A DNA stretch of 46,404 bases from Gammaproteobacteria bacterium (GCA_020053945.1 JAGVME010000032.1:1-46404); one strand, 5' to 3'; shown: positions 8,054 through 18,955, counted from the stretch's first letter. The notes: generated by a model from the letters alone, not told the origin. Made by a program: numbers and translations.

Positions 8054-11000
8054 ATGAAAATGTCAAAAATCAAATCATGGGAAATAAAAATGACTGGCAT
8101 CGCGACTTCAAAAACCCGTTGCTTACACCCGCTGATCCATCCTGTTTTTGGCGTGTTGCTGGCGTTATTGCCTAGCATTACCCTTGCCGCGTGGTTTGAT
8201 ACTACCTGGAATTACCGTATTCCGGTCAACGTACCTGCGGGCGCAAGCGTAAACAGCACCATCAAAGTGGACGTGGATTTCAACGCGTTACTGACAGCGG
8301 CGGGAGCGGCGGGTACATTTGACATCAACTCACCCCGTGTCGTGCGCCCAAATGACGCCGTGAGCGCGATCCAGGAATTTACGGATGCAGTGTATGCCGG
8401 CGCGACTGACGCGACTGGCGATGGCCAGGGCGAAGTACGATTTATTTTGCAGGATGCGGGTCCGGCCACTTACTATTTGTATTTTGACATCACGGCAAAT
8501 GGTCCCAAAGCTGTGAATCCGCAGACGCCGATCAACGGCAATTTTGAAAAAGGTGCCACAGGAACAACCACCCCGCAAAGCTGGAATGCACCGACCAAAA
8601 CCAATACCAATATGGATGCCCAGGTCAGGCCCAGTGAATCCCCAAACATCACGGGCATTCCCGCGGGCTCGATAGATAGTCCAAAAGTCACTGATGGCTC
8701 GCCTAATACTGGACAATTTTCCTATCTTATGGGCTATCGTAGTGCGGGAAGCATGGTAGCAGGGAACCCCGGTGTAACGTTCACCAAAACCATCGCCGTG
8801 CCTTCCACCAACTTTGGAACATTGGCCGTGCGGTGGCGTCCGGAAGGCTGGGACAGCTCTGCCAATGGCGCGACGGGCTTTGATTTCTTACGGATTGACA
8901 TCCAAGGCACTACCACAACCGAGATTGTTGGCCCAACGGCCGGAAATTATGTACTCCGTCCCTTCAGCCCGAATTTCACAACAAATGCTGCAAGCACAAC
9001 GACACCTGGTTACAGGCAATACAACGGTTTTGACTGCAGTACGAATAATATTCATAGGTACGGAATGACGATTGCTTGCGAATCCGAACCCTGGTTTACC
9101 CAAACTGTAAGCCTAGCCGCCTGGGCAGGACAAACCATTACGCTACGTTTCCGCTTTTACAGTGATGGCGCCAATGACCGCACCTGGTTCCACATTGACG
9201 ATATAGAATGGAGCGTAGCCACCGCCTCATTGGGCACGCCAGAACCACGCGTAATTAATCCCGGTGGATTCAATGCGCTGGAAGTGGGAGTGGCCGCCTT
9301 TCCGTTAGCGGGCGCCATCATCAAGACCAAGGTCGCGGCAACCAGTTTCAACCTCGACCTGGTAGCGCTGGATACCGCCAAAACAGCCATACTCACCACG
9401 TTCACTGGAACGGTAAAAGTCGAACTACTGGATGCCAGTCCCGGCGGGGCGCTTGACGCAAACGGTTGTAATGCAAGTTGGGCAACCATTCAGACATTGG
9501 CGACCAACCCAAATTTTGCGGCGGCGGATAATGGTCGCAAGACGGTGGGATTCAGCGAAAACAATGTTTGGCCCAATGTGCGGGTGCGTATCACATTTCC
9601 CGCCTCTGGGGTAGCTACCGCGATCGGATGTTCGACCGATAATTTTGCGGTACGGCCCAGCGGCTTGGTGAGCGTCAATGCAACGGATAATACCTGGGCT
9701 AGCGCCGGTACTACCCGAACCTTGGCCAATGGCGGCGCGGGCGGAGGCAATGTACACAAGGCAGGACAACCATTCACATTGCGCGCCACTGGCCAAAATG
9801 CCTCAGGCATCACGACCAGCAATTACAATGGCAGCCCCACGGTCCAAACGCTCACCTGCACGCTTCCCACGCCTACCTGCGCCAATGGCGTATTGACACC
9901 CGGCACCTGGAGTGCTGCCAGTGGCATTGTGACGACCACTACCGCCGCTTATTCCGAAGCGGGTTCATTTAATTTGACATTGGAAGACCAAACCTTTGCT
10001 GCCGTGGACAGCGCTGATTCCACGCTTCTGGAGCGCACCATCCCACAAGCGGCAGCCATCACAGTTGGCCGCTTTATCCCGGACCATTTTATAATCGCAA
10101 CCAACAACACCCCTGTCTTCAAGACTTTTAACGTAGCGGACAGTGCCTGCTCCACCCTGCCCCGCTCGTTCACTTATGTCGGCCAACCGTTCGGCTATGT
10201 TACTCCCCCCCAGGCATTGGTAACTGCGCAAAACGCCGCAAATGCCACCACGACCAATTACCGGGGAAATCTTTGGAAAATTTCGAGCACGGCCCCATCT
10301 GACATAACCCAGACCTACACGCATAACCCTGTAAAAACTCTTGACACAACATTAACCGGCCTGCCTACGGTCACGCCCAACAACGATGGCACTGGCACAG
10401 TTACCGTCAATACCGCCGATGTGATTGGCTTTACCCGCAACCTGACAACGCCGGATGCGCCGTTTATCGCCGATTTGTCACTTTCCATGAGCGTCGTGGA
10501 TGACAGTGAAGCGGGTGCGAACCAAGGGACTATCACCACTACAGCTCCGGGAGCCGTGTTCAACGGCGGCGGCAGCGGTATCGCCTTCGATTCTGGTAAC
10601 GCATTCCGCTATGGCAGGTTGAAACTTGCCAACACCCACGGCTCAGAGTTGCTGAATTTACCGGTTCCGATGGAAGCACAGCACTGGAACGGAACCACTT
10701 TCGTCACTAATACGGCAGATCATTGCACCACAATTGTGCCGGGCAATATCTTGCTAAGTAATCCGCGTAAAAGTTTGTTGGTCGGCGAAACAGGGATCAC
10801 CGTCAGTGGTGCGTTCCTTAATGGACGATCTACAAATTTCAGGCTCAACAAACCCAGCGGCGGGGATGGCATTTACAACGGCAGCGTGGATATCTGTGTC
10901 GATTTAGGTGTAGATACGCCATCAGCGGCGGCACCCCTGTGCGTTGCAACCACCCCCGCCAACCAACCTTGGCTGCAAGGAAAATGGTCTGAAACTAATT

Positions 11001-11083
11001 ACGATGACGACCCGGTGGCGCGCGGCACTTTTGGTATCTACAAAAATGCCAATGAAATTATTTATATGCGGGAAATCTACTGA
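8054..11083 (+). CDS. mshQ: MshQ-like large pilus-associated adhesin (DUF6701-like C-terminus)
   Basis: Signal peptide, Thr/Gly/Ala-rich beta domains, GRFIPDHF, FRYGRL..N.HGSE, terminal IYMREIY. Confidence 0.8.
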   Translation: MKMSKIKSWEIKMTGIATSKTRCLHPLIHPVFGVLLALLPSITLAAWFDTTWNYRIPVNVPAGASVNSTIKVDVDFNALLTAAGAAGTFDINSPRVVRPNDAVSAIQEFTDAVYAGATDATGDGQGEVRFILQDAGPATYYLYFDITANGPKAVNPQTPINGNFEKGATGTTTPQSWNAPTKTNTNMDAQVRPSESPNITGIPAGSIDSPKVTDGSPNTGQFSYLMGYRSAGSMVAGNPGVTFTKTIAVPSTNFGTLAVRWRPEGWDSSANGATGFDFLRIDIQGTTTTEIVGPTAGNYVLRPFSPNFTTNAASTTTPGYRQYNGFDCSTNNIHRYGMTIACESEPWFTQTVSLAAWAGQTITLRFRFYSDGANDRTWFHIDDIEWSVATASLGTPEPRVINPGGFNALEVGVAAFPLAGAIIKTKVAATSFNLDLVALDTAKTAILTTFTGTVKVELLDASPGGALDANGCNASWATIQTLATNPNFAAADNGRKTVGFSENNVWPNVRVRITFPASGVATAIGCSTDNFAVRPSGLVSVNATDNTWASAGTTRTLANGGAGGGNVHKAGQPFTLRATGQNASGITTSNYNGSPTVQTLTCTLPTPTCANGVLTPGTWSAASGIVTTTTAAYSEAGSFNLTLEDQTFAAVDSADSTLLERTIPQAAAITVGRFIPDHFIIATNNTPVFKTFNVADSACSTLPRSFTYVGQPFGYVTPPQALVTAQNAANATTTNYRGNLWKISSTAPSDITQTYTHNPVKTLDTTLTGLPTVTPNNDGTGTVTVNTADVIGFTRNLTTPDAPFIADLSLSMSVVDDSEAGANQGTITTTAPGAVFNGGGSGIAFDSGNAFRYGRLKLANTHGSELLNLPVPMEAQHWNGTTFVTNTADHCTTIVPGNILLSNPRKSLLVGETGITVSGAFLNGRSTNFRLNKPSGGDGIYNGSVDICVDLGVDTPSAAAPLCVATTPANQPWLQGKWSETNYDDDPVARGTFGIYKNANEIIYMREIY

Positions 11084-11187
11084 AATAATTTGAAGTGCCG
11101 ATAGTACCAGTGGGGAATGTGGAATCCATTAGTTTTTAACAAAGGTATCCAACTTTAAATAACTTTTTATTGAAATATTAACAACGA

Positions 11188-12777
11188 GTGGTTATGGATT
11201 TTCTCAGGAAAACGACAAGGACGGCTGGATGGATGGCTATTAACTGCCAGGATGGCGGTGTTTATGTCGCGCATATCCAGCGTGCCGCCAACACCCTGCC
11301 AGAAGTGACCCTGGCAACTTTTCATGGCAGCAGCGACCCTTCTGTAGCCGCAACACTGATAAAATCCGCGAAAGAATGGCGCGCGAACCGCTACGTGTGC
11401 ACCACCTTGGTGGCTGGCGGCGAATATCAGGTATTACCGGTGGAAGCGCCCAATGTACCTGCCGAAGAATTGAAAACAGCGGTCCGCTGGCGCCTCAAGG
11501 ATATGCTCGACTACCCTGTCGACGAGGCCACACTGGATATCATGAACATCCAGCAGGATAAAAATACCCCGGCTAAAAATAAACCCATGTATGCCGTTGC
11601 GGCGCGATCTAAATCCATAGAAGCGTGCCAGTCTTTATTTGGGCAAGCCAAAATTGCTTTACACGCCATTGATATTCCTGAAATGGCACAGCGTAATATT
11701 GCCATGTTGCTGAAAGCGGAAGACCGGGGTGTAGCGCTGCTGTCATTCAATGCCGAAGGTGGGCTTCTCACCATTACTTTTGCCGATACACTTTACCTGT
11801 CGCGGCGCATTGAGGTCACCCTGTCCCAACTTACGCAACTTGGCGATGAACAGAAAAACGCCTGCTATGAAAAAATTACCCTGGAACTGCAACGTTCTTT
11901 GGATTATTTTGACCGCCAGTATAATTTCATTACACTGTCAAAACTGGTGCTGGCACCCTTGGCTGAGGCGGGCGCGGGCTTGCAGGAATACATGGCCACC
12001 AACCTGTATATTCCGGTGGAAATATTAAACCTTGAAACCATTCTCGACTTTTCTAAAGTACCGGCATTGAAGGATCCTAAGCAGCAGCAACGCTATTTTA
12101 TGGCGCTGGGCGCCGCGCTGCGTGATGAAGGGCAGACATCCATCAGCCTCTACAATCCACTGCTGCTGAAACAGAAAAATTATTTTCCCGCCCACACCAT
12201 GGCCCAATCACTTGGCCTTATTTTCATTGGAATTATGCTATTTTATGGGTATGCCCGCCACTACGTTGCCGAAATGAAAAAACAGGCGGCACAAAGTATT
12301 GAAATGCACGGTTCCACCCAGGCCAAACTGGCGCAATTGACCACCGCGCCGGGCGCAGCCACCACCAGTAAACTATTGGAAAATGAAGTGGCGCAATCAG
12401 AAATGCAACTCAAAGCGCGCCGCCAGATTTTGGAAATGATAAAAAAAGGCAATCTCGGCAACACGCAGGGATTTTCAGAATACCTGCGTGCCTTGTCGCG
12501 GCAAACTACAGAGGGGTTATGGATCACGCGCTTCCAGGTATCCGGGGCCGGGGACGACATGATGATCAGCGGGCGTACCTTGCAGCCTGATCAAGTACCG
12601 GTATTCATCCATCAGCTTAAACAAGAAAAAGTGATGGCTGGAAAAACCTTCGGCCTATTGGAAATGCACACGCCCGCGGTGGTTAATGGTGAAGTTAATG
12701 CTGGGAATACACGCGCGCCACCCCCCCCGCATATCGAATTCAATTTGCATAACACCCCGCCGGGGCAAGCGCAATGA
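11188..12777 (+). CDS. mshI: MSHA biogenesis protein MshI (PilM-like plus PilN-like domains in one ORF)
   Basis: AVRWRLKDML, LELQRSLDYF, TM segment, GLWIT. Confidence 0.85.
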   Translation: MVMDFLRKTTRTAGWMAINCQDGGVYVAHIQRAANTLPEVTLATFHGSSDPSVAATLIKSAKEWRANRYVCTTLVAGGEYQVLPVEAPNVPAEELKTAVRWRLKDMLDYPVDEATLDIMNIQQDKNTPAKNKPMYAVAARSKSIEACQSLFGQAKIALHAIDIPEMAQRNIAMLLKAEDRGVALLSFNAEGGLLTITFADTLYLSRRIEVTLSQLTQLGDEQKNACYEKITLELQRSLDYFDRQYNFITLSKLVLAPLAEAGAGLQEYMATNLYIPVEILNLETILDFSKVPALKDPKQQQRYFMALGAALRDEGQTSISLYNPLLLKQKNYFPAHTMAQSLGLIFIGIMLFYGYARHYVAEMKKQAAQSIEMHGSTQAKLAQLTTAPGAATTSKLLENEVAQSEMQLKARRQILEMIKKGNLGNTQGFSEYLRALSRQTTEGLWITRFQVSGAGDDMMISGRTLQPDQVPVFIHQLKQEKVMAGKTFGLLEMHTPAVVNGEVNAGNTRAPPPPHIEFNLHNTPPGQAQ

Positions 12778-13463
12778 CGGCGCTGCGGCCGCAACTGCAA
12801 CGCCTTACGGAGCGCATCAACACGCTAGCCCTGCGCGAGCGGGTGCTGATCTTTATGGCGGTGGCACTGGCACTTATCGCCGCCCTGTATGGCGCGTTAA
12901 TAGATCCCCTGTTGAAACACCAGCGGCAGGTGGCGCAAGAAATCACCGCAACCCAAGGGAAAATAACGGATCTGCACCGCCAAATCCAAGCGCAGCTAGC
13001 GGCAGGGAATGTCGACCCGAATGCCCCATTGAAGGCACGCCTCGAACAGCTCAAAACAGACTCCACCCGCCTCAACCAAGACTTACATGACTTCAAAAAC
13101 GGGCTGATTACACCGCAGCAAATGCCCATGTTGCTAAAAGATATTTTGCGCAACCATCATTCCTTGCGCCTTATTTCCATGAAGACCCTGCCAGCGCAGC
13201 GCCTCAGCGAAAATAAGGATGACGCTAAAACCACAAACAATACTGCCACTCCTGAAGCTGAAATAGGCGCCTACAAACATGGTTTCGAGATTACGTTGCA
13301 AGGTGGATATCTGGATATGTTGGGATATTTGTCCGCCATTGAGGCCTCACCCTGGCGGGTATTTTGGGGGAGCGCCCATTTGGATGCCAGCACTTACCCA
13401 AAAACCTTGCTGACAATCAAGCTCTATACCTTAAGCATGGACCAAGAGTGGTTAATATTATGA
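12774..13463 (+). CDS. mshJ: MSHA biogenesis protein MshJ
   Basis: LRERVLI, YKHGFEITLQGGY, YTLSMD. Confidence 0.85.
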   Translation: MTALRPQLQRLTERINTLALRERVLIFMAVALALIAALYGALIDPLLKHQRQVAQEITATQGKITDLHRQIQAQLAAGNVDPNAPLKARLEQLKTDSTRLNQDLHDFKNGLITPQQMPMLLKDILRNHHSLRLISMKTLPAQRLSENKDDAKTTNNTATPEAEIGAYKHGFEITLQGGYLDMLGYLSAIEASPWRVFWGSAHLDASTYPKTLLTIKLYTLSMDQEWLIL

Positions 13464-13873
13464 ACATCAGCGTAGTTATGGCAAGCGGCGGGGTATTGAT
13501 CAATAAACTGCAAACACGCGCCTTCTTATGTTTTTGTATTGCGTTGACCCTTCTGCCTTGCCACATGGCGAAGGCGGAAGTTTTTCGTGACCCTACCCGG
13601 CCACCCAACGTGCGGCCCGTCGCACTGGATAAAGAAACTGGAATAACGCCAAGCGGCCTGCAATTACAGGCGATAATCATTTCAGAAAACCGCCGTTCAG
13701 CAATTATTGGCAACCGCAGCGTCCATATGGGAGATAGCATTGGTGGCGCGAAACTTATCAGCATCAATGAAAGCGAAGTGGTATTGAAAACAGGTGGAAA
13801 ATTACAAATACTAAATCTCTTTCCAATCTCCTCAAAACGCCAACCCTCAAGCGATCGGGCCGTGACGCGCTAA
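13460..13873 (+). CDS. mshK: MSHA biogenesis protein MshK
   Basis: DPTRPP motif; ATG overlaps the mshJ stop. Confidence 0.8.
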   Translation: MNISVVMASGGVLINKLQTRAFLCFCIALTLLPCHMAKAEVFRDPTRPPNVRPVALDKETGITPSGLQLQAIIISENRRSAIIGNRSVHMGDSIGGAKLISINESEVVLKTGGKLQILNLFPISSKRQPSSDRAVTR

Positions 13874-13897
13874 GCTAAATAAATGTAACGCTAAAAA

Positions 13898-15643
13898 ATG
13901 GAACATACAGCTATGCAAACATATAATTTTTATAGTCCCAGCGGCGGGGAACCAGCCTCAGTATCCGCCAGGATTAAAACATATATTCTTGGCTGTATAT
14001 TCATGGCGGTTACCGGCTGCGCCACGCACCCCGCGCAAGGCACAGGGGCACTTGACCATATCAATACTGAACTCAACAGCGCCCTTGGCGGCAAACCCGC
14101 CACCGCGCCTTCAGATGCCGCCGTGGGCGCCGCATTACTGCCACCCCTCAAGATTGAACTCCCGAAATCCAGCCAATCACCCAAACCAGCGTTGGAACAG
14201 AAGTTTGACCTTGCCGTCAACAAAGCGCCTGCCCAGCAGATATTCATGGACATTGTTTCAGGAACCCCCTATAGCATGCTGGTGCATCCGGAAGTAGTAG
14301 GAACCCTGTCGCTGAACCTCAAAGATGTCACGGTGTTTGAAGCACTGGACGCCATCCGTGAAATGTATGGCTATAATTACAAAGTGGAAGGCAACCGGAT
14401 TTTCATCCAGCCATTGACCATGCAGACACGCATGTTCAAAATCAACTATATTGCCGGACAGCGTAAGGGCAGCTCTGAGATACGTGTTGTTTCCGGTTCG
14501 GTGAGTGATGTGCCCTCCTCCTCCGGCACTACCGCTTCGGGTTCCTCTAGCCCCGGCAATACCGCCAGTCAAGCCGTAGAAACCAGCCGGATCACCACTA
14601 CCACAGACAGTGACTTCTGGAATGAACTGAAAGTGTCACTGGCCTCTATCGTTAATGACAAAGACGGCCATCATGTAGTGCTCAACCCGCATTCGGGCAT
14701 GGTGCTGGTGCGCGCCATGCCCACTGAAATACGGCAGGTGGAAAGTTACCTGAAAGCCATGCAATTGATAGTTGACCGCCAAGTGATGCTGGAAGCAAAA
14801 ATCATTGAGGTGCAACTTAATGATGGACATCAAACGGGCATTAACTGGGCTGGTTTTAACAAAAATAACCAACATGGATTTTCGGTGGGCGCCAATCCTG
14901 ATAGCTTCTTGGTGCCGGGCGGCCTGCCCGTAGCAGGAAGCACGCTGGGGAGCATATTGGATACCAGTGCAACCGGCAGGTTGCTCAATATTGCGGTCCA
15001 TTATTCCAATTTTGCCGGGCTGCTGTCGTTTCTTGATACCCAAGGCACGGTGCATGTGCTGTCTAGCCCACGGATTGCCACCATAAATAACCAGAAAGCC
15101 GTGCTCAAAGTCGGCACCGATGATTTCTTTGTCACCAACGTCAGCTCAACCACTACGACCGGCAGCGGGAGCGCCTCGTCAACGCCGAATGTTACCCTGC
15201 GGCCCTTTTTCTCGGGCATTGCGCTGGATGTAACGCCGCAGATTTCGGAAGATGGGCAGATCACTTTGCACATCCGGCCTTCTGTCAGCCAGGTTACTGA
15301 GCAACAGAAAGTCATTGATCTTGGCACCTCAGGCAGGATCAACCTGCCCCTGGCGTCAAGCACCATCTCAGAAACAGACAGTATCGTGCGCGTTCAGGAT
15401 GGGCATACCGTAGCCATCGGTGGATTGATGCGGCAATCCATGAATGACGGGCAATCTAAAGTGCCTTTCGTGGGCGATGTGCCCCTGTTAGGCGCGCTGT
15501 TCCGCAGCACTAAGCAAACCACCCAAAAACGGGAACTGGTAATTTTGCTGAAAACAACGGTAGTGCAAGGTGACAGTGACTGGACGCAAGATTTGCTGCA
15601 AACACGTGAGCGCATCCAGAAAATGCAGGGTGGCGCCCAATGA
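13898..15643 (+). CDS. mshL: MSHA secretin MshL
   Basis: Lipobox AVTGC, QVMLEAKIIEV, LSSPRI, NNQKAVLKVG, PFFSGIALDVTPQI. Confidence 0.92.
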   Translation: MEHTAMQTYNFYSPSGGEPASVSARIKTYILGCIFMAVTGCATHPAQGTGALDHINTELNSALGGKPATAPSDAAVGAALLPPLKIELPKSSQSPKPALEQKFDLAVNKAPAQQIFMDIVSGTPYSMLVHPEVVGTLSLNLKDVTVFEALDAIREMYGYNYKVEGNRIFIQPLTMQTRMFKINYIAGQRKGSSEIRVVSGSVSDVPSSSGTTASGSSSPGNTASQAVETSRITTTTDSDFWNELKVSLASIVNDKDGHHVVLNPHSGMVLVRAMPTEIRQVESYLKAMQLIVDRQVMLEAKIIEVQLNDGHQTGINWAGFNKNNQHGFSVGANPDSFLVPGGLPVAGSTLGSILDTSATGRLLNIAVHYSNFAGLLSFLDTQGTVHVLSSPRIATINNQKAVLKVGTDDFFVTNVSSTTTTGSGSASSTPNVTLRPFFSGIALDVTPQISEDGQITLHIRPSVSQVTEQQKVIDLGTSGRINLPLASSTISETDSIVRVQDGHTVAIGGLMRQSMNDGQSKVPFVGDVPLLGALFRSTKQTTQKRELVILLKTTVVQGDSDWTQDLLQTRERIQKMQGGAQ

Positions 15644-15698
15644 GGGGGCTGGCAAAAATAACCGCCTGCCGCGCCTGTAGGGCAAGCGGAAGTTAACC

Positions 15699-16583
15699 AT
15701 GTACCTTACCCACTTCGGTTTTTCTGAAGCACCGTTCGGCATCACGCCGGACACTAGTTTCTTCTTTGCCTGCGCGGATTATCAACAAGCCCTCAATACC
15801 TTGTTGGTTGCCGTTAATGAGGGTGAAGGGTTTATCAAAATCACAGGGGAAGTAGGCACAGGTAAAACCCTGCTATGCCGGCAATTCCTGGCAAGCATCA
15901 ATAATGATTGCGCTGAGGGACAGCAACGCTTCATCACCGCCTACATCCCCAACCCATACCTGGAACCACGCACCCTGTTGCTGGCACTTGCCGAAGAACT
16001 CGGCATTGTGCTGCGCAAAGATGCCGATCAACACCAATTGCTCAAATCACTGACGCTTTCGTTACTGGATTTTTCCCAGCAGGGCAAGCAGGTGGTATTG
16101 TGTCTTGATGAAGCGCAGGCGATGCCGATGGAAACCCTGGAGGCGGTACGCCTGCTCAGCAACCTGGAAACGGAAAAACGCAAACTGCTGCAGATTGTGT
16201 TATTTGGCCAACCCGAACTTAATCTGCGGTTACAGCAGGACTCGATACGCCAATTAAACCAGCGCATCACATTCCATTACCATCTTTCACCCTTGAACCG
16301 CCGTGACCTGGACCATTATCTTGCCCATCGCATCAGCATTGCACAAGGAAACACTGGGGTAAAATTTGCCAATGGCCGGTTGTTTAGCGGCCATGCCGTA
16401 CGCCTCTTGCATGTAGCGAGCGGCGGCATTCCCCGGCTCATTAATATTCTTGCGCATAAGGCGTTGATGCTAACTTATGGAGAAGGCAGGCAACAGGTTG
16501 AGGCACGCCATATACGTGCCGCCGCACGGGATACGGAAGCCGCTAAACAGGACCTGTGGCGTTGGCTGGCGATGCTGCAATGA
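15699..16583 (+). CDS. mshM: MshM (ExeA-like AAA ATPase)
   Basis: GEVGTGKT, DEAQ, LFGQPEL, GIPRLIN. Confidence 0.9.
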   Translation: MYLTHFGFSEAPFGITPDTSFFFACADYQQALNTLLVAVNEGEGFIKITGEVGTGKTLLCRQFLASINNDCAEGQQRFITAYIPNPYLEPRTLLLALAEELGIVLRKDADQHQLLKSLTLSLLDFSQQGKQVVLCLDEAQAMPMETLEAVRLLSNLETEKRKLLQIVLFGQPELNLRLQQDSIRQLNQRITFHYHLSPLNRRDLDHYLAHRISIAQGNTGVKFANGRLFSGHAVRLLHVASGGIPRLINILAHKALMLTYGEGRQQVEARHIRAAARDTEAAKQDLWRWLAMLQ

Positions 16584-17827
16584 GCATCATCAATCAAATG
16601 TTGCGCGATCTGGAAAAGCGCCGCCCACAAGGTGTGACGCCTGGTGCGCAAGGAACAATAATGGGCCCGCCCGGTGTGGTAGGTAATATCCTGCTTACCT
16701 CCCCGGCGAAACGTAGCCCGTGGCGTGGCGCGCTGTGGATCTTGCCATTACTGGCCCTTGGCCTCTCTATTGGGATATTGGTAATTCGTCCCACCACTCT
16801 TGAAACGATGGGGATGACGCCACCCGCCCGCGTGATGCCCAACACCTCCACACTACCAAACCAACCTATTCCAGTACGGCCTGTGTCAGGCTCCATGATG
16901 CAGGGCAACCCATTGCCCATACCATCCCCCGTGATCATACCTGAACCTGAATTGGCCACAAAAGATAATAACGCAATAACCTCCATGGTGCCGACTGAGG
17001 CAACACCACCACCGATAACACCTCTACCTCTACTGCCGATGGGATCCCTATCTGCGCCAGGATCGGGTACCCCGCTCAACCCGGTACCATTGCAATCGGT
17101 TGCCGTAGAGAAGAAGCTTCCATCTATCGCTCCGTCAGTGCCCACGCAATTACCTGACAAGCAGCTTCGTACCTCTTCAGAAGAAGCCGCTGATGCAAGC
17201 ATCCCCAATAAACGCATCAAAGAAACCACGCCCGGCCAGCAAGCCGAAAACGAGTACCGCAAGGCAGTGGGATTATTGCAACAGGGACGGATGGCGCGCG
17301 CAATGGAAATCCTCGCCCAGGCACTGCAACTGGATGGCAGTCACGCCGCCGCACGGCAAACCCTGGTGGGTTTGCTGGTGGAAACAAAACGTTTTGATGA
17401 AGCGGAGCAGCGGTTGCAGGAAGGTTTAAAAGTTGACGCGGGCATTGATGCGAACCGGCCTGGCCTGACGATGATGCTGGCACGGCTGCAAGTGGAACGG
17501 GGCGACGCCCATGCCGGATTGGAAACACTGCAACGTGGTTTACCTGACGTACAAGAAAATGCGGCGGAACATGCCGACTATCAAGCATTCCTCGCCGCGC
17601 TTCTACAACGCGAAGGACAGCATGGGGAGGCCATCGGCCATTACCTTCAAGCCCTGCGCAAAACGCCCCAGGCAGGGAAATGGCTATTGGGGATTGGCAT
17701 CTCGCTGCAAGCGGAAAACCGCATGCAGGATGCCCAGGATGCCTTTGCGCGGGCCAAGGCATCCAATACCCTCAGCCCTGAACTGCTGGCGTTTGTGGAA
17801 CAGCGGTTAAAACAGATTAAGCGGTAA
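16580..17827 (+). CDS. mshN: MshN TPR protein
   Basis: MSIINQMLRDLEKR start, TM segment, Pro-rich linker, C-terminal TPRs. Confidence 0.85.
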   Translation: MSIINQMLRDLEKRRPQGVTPGAQGTIMGPPGVVGNILLTSPAKRSPWRGALWILPLLALGLSIGILVIRPTTLETMGMTPPARVMPNTSTLPNQPIPVRPVSGSMMQGNPLPIPSPVIIPEPELATKDNNAITSMVPTEATPPPITPLPLLPMGSLSAPGSGTPLNPVPLQSVAVEKKLPSIAPSVPTQLPDKQLRTSSEEAADASIPNKRIKETTPGQQAENEYRKAVGLLQQGRMARAMEILAQALQLDGSHAAARQTLVGLLVETKRFDEAEQRLQEGLKVDAGIDANRPGLTMMLARLQVERGDAHAGLETLQRGLPDVQENAAEHADYQAFLAALLQREGQHGEAIGHYLQALRKTPQAGKWLLGIGISLQAENRMQDAQDAFARAKASNTLSPELLAFVEQRLKQIKR

Positions 17828-17832
17828 AAACC

Positions 17833-18876
17833 TCACAACCAACTCATGGTCTGCGGCGGCATGGCTTTTTCCATTTCCATCACCGCCTGTTTCCATGCGG
17901 GGGCGGCATGCAGCTGCGTGCGGGTAATGGCATGGCGGCCATGCATGCGCATCAAGCGGAAGTGTGATGCGGGATCATTGTGGATACGCATACCGTCAAG
18001 GAGTTGCGCCATGGCGGTGAAATCATTACATGACAACACCATGTCACATCCCGCATCCAGTGCGGCATGGGCGCGGTCCACAATATTGCCTGCCACGCTG
18101 GCGCCTTCCATTTCCAGGTCATCACTGAAAATCACACCTTGAAAACCCAGGCGCTTGCGCAGCACTTCCTGCATCCAGAACGGTGAAAATCCCGCAGGCT
18201 CAGGGGCGGCTTGCGGGTAGATGACATGTGCAGGCATGATGCCTGCCAGGCCAAAGTGCACCATGCGTTCAAACGGCACTACATCTTCCAGATAAATGTC
18301 ATTGTAGCTGCGGTCATCCAGCGCAATGGCTATATGTGAATCTGGCGCCACGGCCCCGTGCCCCGGAAAATGCTTGCCCGTCGCCGCCATTCCCGCACGC
18401 TCCATGCCGATCATAAACGAGTGGGCAAGATCCGCGACAATTTCCGGGTTACGATGAAACGCACGGTCACCAATTACGCCGCTGACGCCATAATCAAGAT
18501 CCAATACCGGCGTAAAACTGAAATCCACGCCCACTGCCCGCAGCTCCACTGCCATCAACCAGCCAATAATGTCAGCCAGGTGTTTAGCGTGTTTGATGTC
18601 GCGCTCATACAGCACGCCCAGTTCGCGCATCGGTGGCAAGCGCGTAAATCCTTGGCGAAAACGCTGCACGCGCCCACCTTCATGATCCACCGCCACCAGC
18701 AAGTGTGGCTCACGTAACGCGTGGATATCGGCCACCAAGGCCGCGACCTGCTCTGGGTCAGCATAGTTACGCGTAAACAGAATCACGCCACCCACTTGCG
18801 GATGCCGCAGCATTTCGCGCTCTTGCGCGGTGAGCACCAACCCGGATACACCGAGCATGAGAGGGCCTAGAGACAT
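17833..18876 (-). CDS. nagZ: Beta-N-acetylhexosaminidase (GH3)
   Basis: DHEGGRVQR, KHFPGHG..DSH, FSDDL. Confidence 0.95.
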   Translation of the reverse strand: MSLGPLMLGVSGLVLTAQEREMLRHPQVGGVILFTRNYADPEQVAALVADIHALREPHLLVAVDHEGGRVQRFRQGFTRLPPMRELGVLYERDIKHAKHLADIIGWLMAVELRAVGVDFSFTPVLDLDYGVSGVIGDRAFHRNPEIVADLAHSFMIGMERAGMAATGKHFPGHGAVAPDSHIAIALDDRSYNDIYLEDVVPFERMVHFGLAGIMPAHVIYPQAAPEPAGFSPFWMQEVLRKRLGFQGVIFSDDLEMEGASVAGNIVDRAHAALDAGCDMVLSCNDFTAMAQLLDGMRIHNDPASHFRLMRMHGRHAITRTQLHAAPAWKQAVMEMEKAMPPQTMSWL

Positions 18877-18895
18877 TATTGGGTAAACTCCACTA

Positions 18896-18926
18896 TTGTC
18901 ATTTCTCGCGTTGGGAGAAATGACAA
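18896..18926. repeat. 12-bp inverted repeat between mltG and nagZ
   Basis: ttgtcatttctc / gagaaatgacaa; same TGTCAT...ATGACA ends as 6126-6190. Confidence 0.6.
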
Positions 18927-18955
18927 CTCATCTATTCTGAGCGTCAGCATGGGAG

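Noticed and set aside
11188-12777. MshI as a novel PilM-PilN fusion
   Set aside because: Single-chain MshI is the known arrangement in Vibrio
17720-17745. CAGGATG motifs in mshN and other msh genes as repeat copies
   Set aside because: Explained by Gln-Asp codons; the flanking unit sequence and stems are absent
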